Origin: an uncultured Gammaproteobacteria bacterium
GTDB lineage: Bacteria; Patescibacteriota; Microgenomatia; Daviesbacterales; UBA10151
Direction: 5' to 3'
Assembly (NCBI GenBank): GCA_964625535.1
Contig: CAZVEX010000002.1
Location: 85,559-149,558 of the forward strand
Length of the DNA stretch: 64,000 bases
Shown here: in pieces, positions 39,675 to 48,217 of the stretch
How the letters are laid out: the number at the start of each line of letters is the position of its first letter
How positions within the stretch are numbered: position 1 is the stretch's first letter
Translations under genes and position numbers: made by a program
Notes under the pieces: generated by a model
What the model saw: only the letters and a program-made list of their open reading frames with translations
The model's database searches: none
What the model was told of the DNA's origin: nothing

Positions 39675-41513
39675 ATGATAACATATAACACAATAATGTC
39701 TACCCTCTTAGATGACTTAAATTCAGAGCAACAAAAAGCAGTGAAGGCCACTGAAGGACCGGTTTTAATTTTGGCCGGGGCAGGATCCGGCAAAACCAGA
39801 GTTCTGACATATCGAGTGGCTTATTTAATCCAGGAAAAGAAGATTCCCCCGGAAAATATTTTGGTTTTGACCTTCACCAATAAAGCCTCCGGAGAAATGA
39901 TTGAACGAATCAAAAAGTTAATTGGCCAACTCCCCACCCAACCAGTGATGGGAACATTTCATTCATTTTGTGCAAAACTTTTAAGAAGAGAGGGCAAAGC
40001 ACTGGGTTTTCCTCCCGGCTTTGCCATTTACGATGAAGGTGATTCTTTAGATGCCATTAAAGAGGCCATGGCCAATTTAGCAATTCCCACTCAAAAAACA
40101 AGTCCTGTGGCAGTCCTCTCCACCATCTCCGGAGCCAAAAATGAGTTGATATCTACCATGGAATACCCCCAGTATGCGAGGGGATTTTTCCAGGAACAAG
40201 TTGCCAAAATCTATTTGGAGTACCAAAAAGTACTAGAAAAAAATCACGCCCTTGACTTTGATGATTTGCTATTACAAACAATTAAGCTCTTCAAAGTTGA
40301 CCCAACAATTTTAACCCGCTACCAAGTACAGTTTCGCTATATTTTAATTGATGAATATCAGGATACCAATCCGGCCCAATATTTAATCAGTAAGTATTTA
40401 GCTAACCGCCACAAAAATATCTGTGTGGTTGGCGATGCGAGCCAGTCCATTTATTCCTTCAGAGGAGCTGATTTTAGAAACATAGTTAATTTTCAGAAAG
40501 ATTATCCGGGAGCTAAAGTATTTAATCTGGAACAAAACTACCGCTCCAGCCAGATTATTCTGGATGCAGCACATAGTGTTATTTCCAAAAATACCACCCA
40601 CCCTATTTTAAAACTCTGGACCCAAAAACGGGGTGGGGAAAAAATTGAAATTTATGAGGCCGGAAATGAAATAGATGAAGCTGGTTTTATTATTTCCAAA
40701 CTGGAACCGCCACTTTCAAATTATGTGGTTTTATACCGCACCAATGCTCAATCCCGCTTGCTGGAAGAACAATTTTTAAAATCAGGGGTTCCCTATAGAC
40801 TGGTTGGTGGAGTAAGTTTTTATGAAAGAAAAGAGATTAAAGATGTACTCGCATACTTGCGACTCCTGCAAAATCCCAAAGATTCGGTGTCCTTAAAGCG
40901 AGCGGAAAAAATCGGCAAAGGCAGACTGTCCAAAGTTATGGAGTTTTACGGCGAAATCTACTCCCAATTAGACAAATACATCGTATTAGACCTATTAGAC
41001 CAAATCTTGGCTCGGACAGGCTATTTAACCTATCTTGATGATGGCAGCGAGGAGGGCAAGGGACGGATAGAAAATGTTAAAGAACTGCGAAGCGTAGCGG
41101 AGCAGTTTCCTAACTTAACTGATTTTTTAGAAAATGTAGCTTTAGTGGAAAATGGATATGATAAAAAAGAGGTCGGCGAGGCAGTTACCCTGATGACTCT
41201 GCACAACGCCAAAGGTTTGGAATTCCCGGTGGTTTTTATAGTGGGCATGGAAGAAGGTTTATTCCCCCATTCCAGGTCTATGCTTTCCCCCCATGAACTT
41301 GAAGAAGAAAGAAGACTTTGTTATGTGGGGATAACCCGGGCCATGCGAAAGCTTTATTTAACTTATGCTAGGCAAAGGTTATATTTTGGCCAAAGAAGTC
41401 ATAATTTAGTTTCCAGGTTTTTGGCCGATATTCCGGAAGATTTAATAATTACCAATAGCCAGTTTCAAGATAGTGAAGATTTTACAAAAGAAGATAACTG
41501 GTTAAATATCTAA
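39675..41513 (+). CDS. UvrD/PcrA-family ATP-dependent DNA helicase (compact form)
   Basis: Motif I GAGSGKTRVLT, the DEYQDTN motif, and a C-terminal UvrD helicase domain. The start may be the ATG at 39696 (MSTLLDD). Confidence 0.85.
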   Translation: MITYNTIMSTLLDDLNSEQQKAVKATEGPVLILAGAGSGKTRVLTYRVAYLIQEKKIPPENILVLTFTNKASGEMIERIKKLIGQLPTQPVMGTFHSFCAKLLRREGKALGFPPGFAIYDEGDSLDAIKEAMANLAIPTQKTSPVAVLSTISGAKNELISTMEYPQYARGFFQEQVAKIYLEYQKVLEKNHALDFDDLLLQTIKLFKVDPTILTRYQVQFRYILIDEYQDTNPAQYLISKYLANRHKNICVVGDASQSIYSFRGADFRNIVNFQKDYPGAKVFNLEQNYRSSQIILDAAHSVISKNTTHPILKLWTQKRGGEKIEIYEAGNEIDEAGFIISKLEPPLSNYVVLYRTNAQSRLLEEQFLKSGVPYRLVGGVSFYERKEIKDVLAYLRLLQNPKDSVSLKRAEKIGKGRLSKVMEFYGEIYSQLDKYIVLDLLDQILARTGYLTYLDDGSEEGKGRIENVKELRSVAEQFPNLTDFLENVALVENGYDKKEVGEAVTLMTLHNAKGLEFPVVFIVGMEEGLFPHSRSMLSPHELEEERRLCYVGITRAMRKLYLTYARQRLYFGQRSHNLVSRFLADIPEDLIITNSQFQDSEDFTKEDNWLNI

Positions 41514-41514
41514 C

Positions 41515-42204
41515 ATGGAGCGTTATCTTGGTGCACTATTAATTTTCGGATTAATCTTTTTTTCCAGAAGTTTTCTGACAGATCAGCCTGTTTTAATTGA
41601 ATCTCAAGAACCACCTCAAGTTTTATCAGCTTCCCAGCCGGTAGTAACCCAGTCACGTTTTACTTCTAAATTGGAAGAACAAACTGAAAGTATTTCCAAA
41701 AAAGTAGTTTATCAGGATGACCCGGAAACCGAGGCCGGAGAAGATAAAATTTTAGAAGAAGGTAAGGATGGGAAAAAAGTTAAAATTATTAAAATAACTT
41801 TTTTTGAAGGAGAAGAATATTCCCGGGAAATAGTCTCTGTAGAAACTACACTACCCAAAGATAAAAAGATCTTGCGGGGAACAAAAATTGTCTGGAAAAC
41901 CCTTTCAACTGCAGATGGGGAAATTAAATACTGGAAGAAAATGCGGGTTTATGCCACACATTATGATTCCCGCTGTCCAGGTTGTAATGAATGGACTGCC
42001 ATTGGCATGAGGGCCGGAAAGGGGATAATTGCCGTTGATCCCAAAGTTATTCTACTCCGATCAAAAGTTTATATTCCGGGCTATGGTCTAGCTGTAGCAG
42101 GAGATACAGGAGGAACAATCAAGGGAAATATTATAGATTTAGGTTTTGACGATGCCAGAACAGCCGGGTGGTCAGCAAGATTTGTTGATATATATTTACT
42201 ATAA
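41515..42204 (+). CDS. G5 domain plus 3D-domain cell-wall-associated protein (MltA/RlpA-like)
   Basis: N-terminal transmembrane segment, a G5-like segment, and a C-terminal 3D domain (DPKVI...GYGLAVAGDTGGTIKGNIIDLGFDD). Confidence 0.6.
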   Translation: MERYLGALLIFGLIFFSRSFLTDQPVLIESQEPPQVLSASQPVVTQSRFTSKLEEQTESISKKVVYQDDPETEAGEDKILEEGKDGKKVKIIKITFFEGEEYSREIVSVETTLPKDKKILRGTKIVWKTLSTADGEIKYWKKMRVYATHYDSRCPGCNEWTAIGMRAGKGIIAVDPKVILLRSKVYIPGYGLAVAGDTGGTIKGNIIDLGFDDARTAGWSARFVDIYLL

Positions 42205-42858
42205 AAAATTAAATTTAGTAATAATTTCTTCACCTACTTCTCCAATTACCCTAAATAAATACATTTTCCCATCCTTTGGCACATAAATAAACTTGGGTTT
42301 GCCTTCTCTATAATCAATTATTCCACTCTTGCCCATTTGTCCGGAGACTGTGGCTTCATCTTTTGGAGCCAAAATAATTTTACCTGTGTATGTAAAATCA
42401 CCCCAGATAAAAGGATAATACCAATATTGATGGTGCCAATTATCAATTGTTAAATTCTCCGGATTATCAAAAACCCATAAAGTAAAAGGATTTGTCTCAA
42501 AGTTATTTTCTTTACTTAAAACTACCACTGCCCCTGAAAATTTTCCCGGTTCATACCCTACGTATCCCTTAAAATTTTTCCTAAAAGTTCCCTTTCCTCT
42601 TTTGTCAAACTCTTCCTCAGAATCCTCCTGGGCTGTGAAATCTTTTGAGTATTGCATTTCAAAACCTAATTTTTCATTTTTGTAAATTGGTGAAATTTCA
42701 GTTTGAAGAACCGGCTTAACTGGAGTATTCTTAGAATTTGGTAAATTAAAATACACAACTAGTCCTGCTACTGCTAGAACCAGCAGCAACAAAACAGGAA
42801 CAGTAGCAAAACCTTTTTGCATATTTACATTATATACTGCCTCTGCTATGATCGACAA
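42199..42858 (-). CDS. Secreted or membrane-anchored hypothetical protein
   Basis: Signal/transmembrane sequence (VPVLLLLVLAVAGLVVYF) followed by an aromatic-rich domain. The likely start is the internal MQKGF. Confidence 0.35.
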   Translation of the reverse strand: MSIIAEAVYNVNMQKGFATVPVLLLLVLAVAGLVVYFNLPNSKNTPVKPVLQTEISPIYKNEKLGFEMQYSKDFTAQEDSEEEFDKRGKGTFRKNFKGYVGYEPGKFSGAVVVLSKENNFETNPFTLWVFDNPENLTIDNWHHQYWYYPFIWGDFTYTGKIILAPKDEATVSGQMGKSGIIDYREGKPKFIYVPKDGKMYLFRVIGEVGEEIITKFNFL

Positions 42859-43491
42859 ATGGCAAAAAAAACTCCTTATAGTTTTGTCAATAACCTGCTA
42901 AGTAAACTGGCTTCTTTAAAGAATTTTCATTCATCCAAAAAATTTTATGTTGTTTTGGTAATTTTGGCATTGGTCCTTTTGGCAACATATAAAAAGAGTT
43001 GGTTTGTGGCAGCCTTGGTTAATGGTTCTCCTGTTACCAATTTGGGATTACAAATGAAACTAAACGAGCAGTTTCGCACTCAAACTTTAAATCAACTTAT
43101 CAATGAAAAAATCATTCTGGATGAAGCCGGAAAAAATAATGCCTTGGCAACAGGTGAGGAAATTAACAAAAAGATCCAAGAGATTGAAAATTCATTAGGA
43201 GGAGCAAAAGCCATGAATGAAATACTTGCTTCTCAAGGGCAAGACAGAAATTCCATAAAGAATCAGATCAAGTTACAACTTTCCATTGAAAAGCTTTACT
43301 TAAAAGAGGCAACAGTTTCGGCGCAGGATTTAGATAAATTTTTAGAAGCCAACAGAGACCAGCTGCAAGCTACTGATTCTGCCCAGCAAATTCAAGAGGC
43401 GGAAAACTTACTAAAACAGCAAAAACTTTCTCAAATTTTTAACGAAAAATTCCAAACCCTTCGCCAAAACGCCAAAATAACCATCTTCTAG
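42859..43491 (+). CDS. SurA N-terminal-domain-like periplasmic chaperone (hypothetical)
   Basis: Transmembrane anchor then VAALVNGSPVTNLGLQMKLNEQ...LINEKIILDEAGK, resembling the SurA/PpiD N-domain. The start was moved to MAKKTPYS (42859) to avoid overlapping the convergent gene. Confidence 0.45.
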   Translation: MAKKTPYSFVNNLLSKLASLKNFHSSKKFYVVLVILALVLLATYKKSWFVAALVNGSPVTNLGLQMKLNEQFRTQTLNQLINEKIILDEAGKNNALATGEEINKKIQEIENSLGGAKAMNEILASQGQDRNSIKNQIKLQLSIEKLYLKEATVSAQDLDKFLEANRDQLQATDSAQQIQEAENLLKQQKLSQIFNEKFQTLRQNAKITIF

Positions 43492-43503
43492 TATAATAGG
43501 GTC

Positions 43504-44508
43504 ATGAATCTTCGACCCATTACTGATAACCAAAAGGCAAAGTATAATAAATTAGTTTCCCATGTGATGCAAAGCTGGGAATGGGGGGAATTTCGCAAAA
43601 GTTTAGGGGTTCCGATTTTAAGATATGGTTTATATAAAAATGGCAAACTGCAAAAAGCCTTTCATCTGACTTTGCATAAAATTCCTTTTATCATTCAATA
43701 TGTTGGCTATTTGCCAAAAGGTGGGGAACCGGACAAGGATTTGGCAGAAGCCTTGAAAAAAATAGGTAAAGAACAAAACTGCGCATTTATAAAAATAGAG
43801 CCAAATGTTCAGAATTCAGAATTCAGAATTCAGAATTCAGAATTTAAAAAATCACCAAAACCTCTATTCACTAAATATAACTTTATTATTGATTTAACCA
43901 AATCAGAGGAAGAACTTTTACAAAATATGCATCCGAAAACCAGATACAACATCAGGGTTGCCCAAAAGCATGGAGTTAAGGTGGAGGAAAGAACGGATGA
44001 TAAGGCTTTTGAAATTTATCTAAAACTTTATTTTGAAACTACCCGCAGACAAGGGTATCATGGCCATAATAAAGAGTACCACCGCAAAGTCTGGCAAATA
44101 TTAAAAGATGCTAACATGGCCAGGTTATTAATTGCTTTTCATAAAGATGAACCTTTAACCGCCTGGATGTTATTAAACTTTAAAGATACTCTTTATTATC
44201 CTTATGGCGGATCTTCTAAAAATCATCCTGAAGTAATGGCCAATAATCTGGTTGCCTGGGAAGCAATTAAGCTGGGTAAAAAAATGGGTTTAAAAAAATT
44301 TGACATGTGGGGAGCACTGGGACCTAATACTAACGCATCTGATCCGTGGTATGGATTTCATAAGTTTAAGCAAGGATACGGTGGCCGACTCGTAGAATAT
44401 ATTGGCACTTTTGATTTAGTCCTACACTGGCCAATTTACCTAGTATTTACTTTTATCGATAAGTTAATGCCGCTGAAAGTATTTTTATTAAAATGGATCT
44501 CACGCTAA
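43504..44508 (+). CDS. FemAB-family peptidoglycan interpeptide-bridge aminoacyltransferase
   Basis: FemX-like length (334 aa) and C-terminal GNAT-like lobe motifs (LLIAFHKDEPLTAWMLLNFKDTLYYPYGGSS...KFDMWG). Confidence 0.7.
   Translation: MNLRPITDNQKAKYNKLVSHVMQSWEWGEFRKSLGVPILRYGLYKNGKLQKAFHLTLHKIPFIIQYVGYLPKGGEPDKDLAEALKKIGKEQNCAFIKIEPNVQNSEFRIQNSEFKKSPKPLFTKYNFIIDLTKSEEELLQNMHPKTRYNIRVAQKHGVKVEERTDDKAFEIYLKLYFETTRRQGYHGHNKEYHRKVWQILKDANMARLLIAFHKDEPLTAWMLLNFKDTLYYPYGGSSKNHPEVMANNLVAWEAIKLGKKMGLKKFDMWGALGPNTNASDPWYGFHKFKQGYGGRLVEYIGTFDLVLHWPIYLVFTFIDKLMPLKVFLLKWISR
43808..43845 (+). repeat. Tandem heptanucleotide repeat (GAATTCA/CAGAATT, about 5.4 copies) inside the femAB CDS
   Basis: The run ttca(gaattca)x4 gaattt is read directly from the sequence. 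It encodes NSEFRIQNSEF and contains five consecutive EcoRI sites. Confidence 0.9.
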
Positions 44509-44987
44509 TTATTTCCGGTGGAATTTTAATAGGTTGTCTCATCGGCTTAAGTTGGTTTGCAGGGTCTGATGCTCCATATGTTCCCACCAAAATGGACAAT
44601 ATTAGGAAGGTTTTAAAATTAGCCGGAGTAAGAAAGGGTAAGAAATTTTATGAACTGGGGTCCGGAGATGGAAGGGTAGTTTTGGAGGCAGCCAAACTGG
44701 GAGCAACTGCTATTGGCATAGAACAATCCTGGATCAGAGTTTTATATTCCAGGTATAGAGCAGTAAATTTTAAAAATGCCAAATTCTATCATGGCAATAT
44801 TTTTGCCAAAAATTACGAAGACGGCGATATTATTTATATTTATCTTTTACACAAAGGGGTCAAAAAATTAGAAGCAAAATTAAAAAAAGAATTAAAAAAA
44901 GGTGCTGTTATTATTACTCAAACTTACCATTTCCAAAATTGGGAACCATTAAAAAAGCTAGGTGATTTCTGGTTATACAAACATTAG
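44493..44987 (+). CDS. Class I SAM-dependent methyltransferase with an N-terminal transmembrane helix
   Basis: Motif I YELGSGDGRVVLEAAKLGATAIGIE, preceded by a transmembrane segment. Confidence 0.5.
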   Translation: MDLTLIISGGILIGCLIGLSWFAGSDAPYVPTKMDNIRKVLKLAGVRKGKKFYELGSGDGRVVLEAAKLGATAIGIEQSWIRVLYSRYRAVNFKNAKFYHGNIFAKNYEDGDIIYIYLLHKGVKKLEAKLKKELKKGAVIITQTYHFQNWEPLKKLGDFWLYKH

Positions 44988-45595
44988 AAACCTAACTTTT
45001 CACCAACCAAAATGATAGTAATCCTACCTGGCTGTACTTCCTTGTTAATAATTAAAATCTTACCTACATGACTGCCCATCCCATAAGCTTTCTGAGCTCT
45101 TTGATCCTCAAGCGGTAGAGAGTGCTGATAGATTCTGTCCAAACCTTCATCTGTATCTTTGACTATTTTTTGCGTGCCCACAACAAAGATCAACTTCCCC
45201 CCTGTGTAGGCCTCTGTGGCCAGTTGGCTGCCTGTGTTTGATGCAATCAACAAATGGCCGTCTTCTGTCACTGCATGCACGCTCCCCACCACCCAATCTG
45301 GGGCTGCCGCCATTTTTCTCATTTCATTTGCCTCAAGTTTATAATCCATTTTTAATAGCTTCTGTCTGACGGCATCATACTTACCCGATTCGTTAAGTTC
45401 TGCGGCTAAACTAGTTGTATCTAAAGTAACAGAAGTCATAGTCATTACCTCTGCACCTTTTGGAATAAGAGCCAGCACCTCAATTTTGGCATCTTTGGAA
45501 GTCTCAACAAATTTTGCCTCAATACCATTGGCCTTTAAAGCTTCAATTGTCTTGTATACAATTTCTTTATTAGGTAGTTGATCCCATTGACTCAT
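44984..45595 (-). CDS. LUD-domain (LutC/YkgG-like) protein
   Basis: A length of about 200 aa and an LUD-like C-terminal pattern. Weak call. Confidence 0.45.
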   Translation of the reverse strand: MSQWDQLPNKEIVYKTIEALKANGIEAKFVETSKDAKIEVLALIPKGAEVMTMTSVTLDTTSLAAELNESGKYDAVRQKLLKMDYKLEANEMRKMAAAPDWVVGSVHAVTEDGHLLIASNTGSQLATEAYTGGKLIFVVGTQKIVKDTDEGLDRIYQHSLPLEDQRAQKAYGMGSHVGKILIINKEVQPGRITIILVGEKLGF

Positions 45596-45614
45596 GGCAG
45601 TATAATACCCTTAA

Positions 45615-45633
45615 TACTTTATTTTGTAAAGTA
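45615..45633. promoter_or_regulatory. Perfect 7-5-7 inverted repeat (TACTTTA-N5-TAAAGTA), candidate HxlR-family operator
   Basis: Lies in the 55-nt divergent intergenic region, 18 nt upstream of the hxlR-type gene start. Confidence 0.5.
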
Positions 45634-45650
45634 GTTACCTTTAGAAAAGT

Positions 45651-45953
45651 ATGGAACATAAAAAATGCGGGGTGGAGAAAACATTAAAAATTGTCGGCAG
45701 CAAATGGACCATGTATATACTCCACAGTTTATTTAACGGAGAAAAACGTTTTGGACAGCTGCAAAAATCATTACCCGGCATCAGTACTAAAACTCTTACA
45801 GCCAGACTTAAAGAACTGGCAAAAGAGAAGATTGTTATCAAGAAAGTTTTTGCTGAAATCCCTTTACATGTTGAATATTCTTTAACAAAAAAGGGCAGAT
45901 CATTGGAAGATATTTTCAAAAAAATGGCCCAATGGGGAAAGTCTCATCGTTAA
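45651..45953 (+). CDS. HxlR-type winged-helix transcriptional regulator
   Basis: CGVEKTLKIVGSKWTMYILHSLFNGEKRFGQLQKSLPGISTKTLTARLKELAKEKIV, the canonical HxlR/MarR-like motif pattern. Confidence 0.75.
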   Translation: MEHKKCGVEKTLKIVGSKWTMYILHSLFNGEKRFGQLQKSLPGISTKTLTARLKELAKEKIVIKKVFAEIPLHVEYSLTKKGRSLEDIFKKMAQWGKSHR

Positions 45954-47062
45954 AAGATCATTAACTCTTTGGAGGCATTGGTTATTTGTTTAAGTCCTCT
46001 ATTTTCCAAAACAAACAAGTCTTCAATTCTTACCCCACCCAAATTTTCTAAGTATATTCCCGGCTCTATTGAAAATACCATACCCTCCTTTAATTCTTCT
46101 TTACTTTTATTAGATAAATATGGGTGTTCATGGACTTCCAGACCAATGCCATGACCTAATGAGTGGGGAATATCAGGAAATCCTTTTGATTTGATATATT
46201 CTCTGGCCACTCTATCAACCTCTTTGGCTTTTATCTTTTTACCGGAATTGATCAACTGGATCGCTCTTTTTTGCGCCTCTAAAACCGTTTCATAAATTTT
46301 TCTTTGCTTGGCGGAAGGCTTTCCAAAAAATATAGTCCTTGTCATATCAGAACAATAATTTTCAAAAATTACGCCAAAATCCATTACGATAAATTGATCC
46401 TTTTTAAGTTTGCTTTTTCCTGACTGATGATGGGGAGCAGAGGCATTGGCACCAAAAGCAACAATAGTCCTAAAAGAAACGTCTAGATTCTCCTTTTTAA
46501 TAAGGCTTTCTATTTCAAAGACTAATTGTTTTTCTGAAATTCCTAATTTGATCTTTTTTAAAACTTTCTTAAAAACCTCATCACCTACTTTACATGCTCT
46601 GGCAATTAATTCGATCTCATCTTTATCTTTAATGGATCTTTTTATTTTTAGGTCAAAGTTTTTGAGATTTTTAAATATTTTATTTATTCTTTTATATTCA
46701 TAAACTCTTAAATCATGCTCCTCAATACCAATGGAAGCAGTGCTTTTCCCCAAAATATTTTGTAGAACTTTTTCCGGAGGTTCTCTTCTACTTATTTCTA
46801 TAACCTCAAAGTTTGGAATTTTATTTTTCAGGGATTGGCTGTATATCGAGTGAGTCAAAATATAGTTTCCATTTTTTGTTATCAAAACATATCCGTCTCT
46901 TTCTTCTTTAAAAAAATTAGAATAGCCGGTCAGATATGTAATATTGGAAACGCTAGAAATCAAAACCGCATCCAGTTTTTCTTTTCTTAATTTATTTCGT
47001 AATTTCTGCACTCTTAATTGAAACATAAAGCTGATCTTACCAAAAAGTATGATAAAATCCAA
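45950..47062 (-). CDS. Xaa-Pro aminopeptidase (M24 family)
   Basis: Creatinase N-domain followed by the M24 motifs (HSLGHGIGLEVHE, metal ligands D/D/H/E/E). Confidence 0.8.
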   Translation of the reverse strand: MDFIILFGKISFMFQLRVQKLRNKLRKEKLDAVLISSVSNITYLTGYSNFFKEERDGYVLITKNGNYILTHSIYSQSLKNKIPNFEVIEISRREPPEKVLQNILGKSTASIGIEEHDLRVYEYKRINKIFKNLKNFDLKIKRSIKDKDEIELIARACKVGDEVFKKVLKKIKLGISEKQLVFEIESLIKKENLDVSFRTIVAFGANASAPHHQSGKSKLKKDQFIVMDFGVIFENYCSDMTRTIFFGKPSAKQRKIYETVLEAQKRAIQLINSGKKIKAKEVDRVAREYIKSKGFPDIPHSLGHGIGLEVHEHPYLSNKSKEELKEGMVFSIEPGIYLENLGGVRIEDLFVLENRGLKQITNASKELMIF

Positions 47063-47068
47063 AATGCA

Positions 47069-48217
47069 ATGAAGCTACTACATTTTTCCGATCTTCACAT
47101 TGGTATGGAAAATTACGGAAGGTTAGATCCAGAAACCGGGCTTTCCACCAGATTATTGGATTTTTTTGCCGCTTTTGATTTTATAGTGGAAAAGGCAATC
47201 ACCGAAGAGGTAGATGCGGTGCTTTTTGCCGGAGATGCTTATAAAACTCGCGATCCCAACCCCACCCAGCAGCGCGGTTTTGCCGACCGCATTAAAAAAA
47301 TGGCCAAATCAGTGCCGGTGATTTTGGTAGTGGGAAACCATGATACTCCCAATGCCGAGGGCAAAGCCAATACTTTGGATATTTACTCTGCTTTGGAAAT
47401 AGACAATGTCTGGGTTTCCAGGAAACCGGAGCTTTTAGAAATTTCCACTAAATCCGGGCCTTTACAAATTATCACTTTGCCCTGGCTACACAAGAATGAC
47501 TACAAAACAATAGGTGATAAGATTCACTCACTTTATGAAAAAATTACTTCTGACTCCCCTGCCATTTTTTTATCCCATGCAGAGGTGGAAGGAGCATCAT
47601 TCGGATCGGAAAAAGGCATGGCCATCCAAAATGATGTTACAGTGCCCCTGTCCCTTTTAACCGACAGGCGCTTACATTATGTGGCCCTAGGCCATATTCA
47701 CAAACACCAAGTTTTAAGTAAAGATCCGTTAGTAGTTTATTCCGGCTCCCCCCAACGAATTGATTTTGGGGAAGAAAAAGAAGAGAAGGGAATTTGTTTG
47801 GTAGAAATTTCTTCTTTAAAAACTTCCTTTAAATTTATTTCAACTAATGCCAGACAATTCTTAACTATCGAGGTTAATTTAAAACCAACAGATCCAGACC
47901 CTACTCAAACAGTTCTGGCAGAAATAAAAAAACACGAGACAAAAAATAAAATTGTCAAAGTAATAATTAATATCCCGGCAGATTTAAGTGAAGTTTTAAA
48001 AATGGATCAGATTAAAAAATCCCTGGAAAGTGCTAATTTTATTGCCGGCATTTCCCGCAATGTGGAAAGGAAAGAAAGGTTAAAAATTGACGGCCAGGAA
48101 GAAGTGGAACGCTTAAACCCCATAGAAGCTTTGGAAAAATATTTCCTAGCCAAAGGTTATTCCAAAGATCGCCAGAAAGAGCTTACCCAACTGGCCAGCC
48201 AACTTTTAAAACCATGA
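47069..48217 (+). CDS. sbcD: Nuclease SbcCD subunit D (Mre11-like)
   Basis: LLHFSDLHIG, GDAYKTRDP, VVGNHD. The start was set to the ATG at 47069 (MKLLHF), not the overlapping upstream ATG. Confidence 0.8.
   Translation: MKLLHFSDLHIGMENYGRLDPETGLSTRLLDFFAAFDFIVEKAITEEVDAVLFAGDAYKTRDPNPTQQRGFADRIKKMAKSVPVILVVGNHDTPNAEGKANTLDIYSALEIDNVWVSRKPELLEISTKSGPLQIITLPWLHKNDYKTIGDKIHSLYEKITSDSPAIFLSHAEVEGASFGSEKGMAIQNDVTVPLSLLTDRRLHYVALGHIHKHQVLSKDPLVVYSGSPQRIDFGEEKEEKGICLVEISSLKTSFKFISTNARQFLTIEVNLKPTDPDPTQTVLAEIKKHETKNKIVKVIINIPADLSEVLKMDQIKKSLESANFIAGISRNVERKERLKIDGQEEVERLNPIEALEKYFLAKGYSKDRQKELTQLASQLLKP

Noticed and set aside
43808-43845. Possible CRISPR or other interspersed-repeat array at the heptamer repeat
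   Set aside because: The copies are contiguous 7-mers without spacers inside a CDS. This is a microsatellite, not a CRISPR array. No CRISPR-like repeat-spacer structure was seen anywhere in the window.
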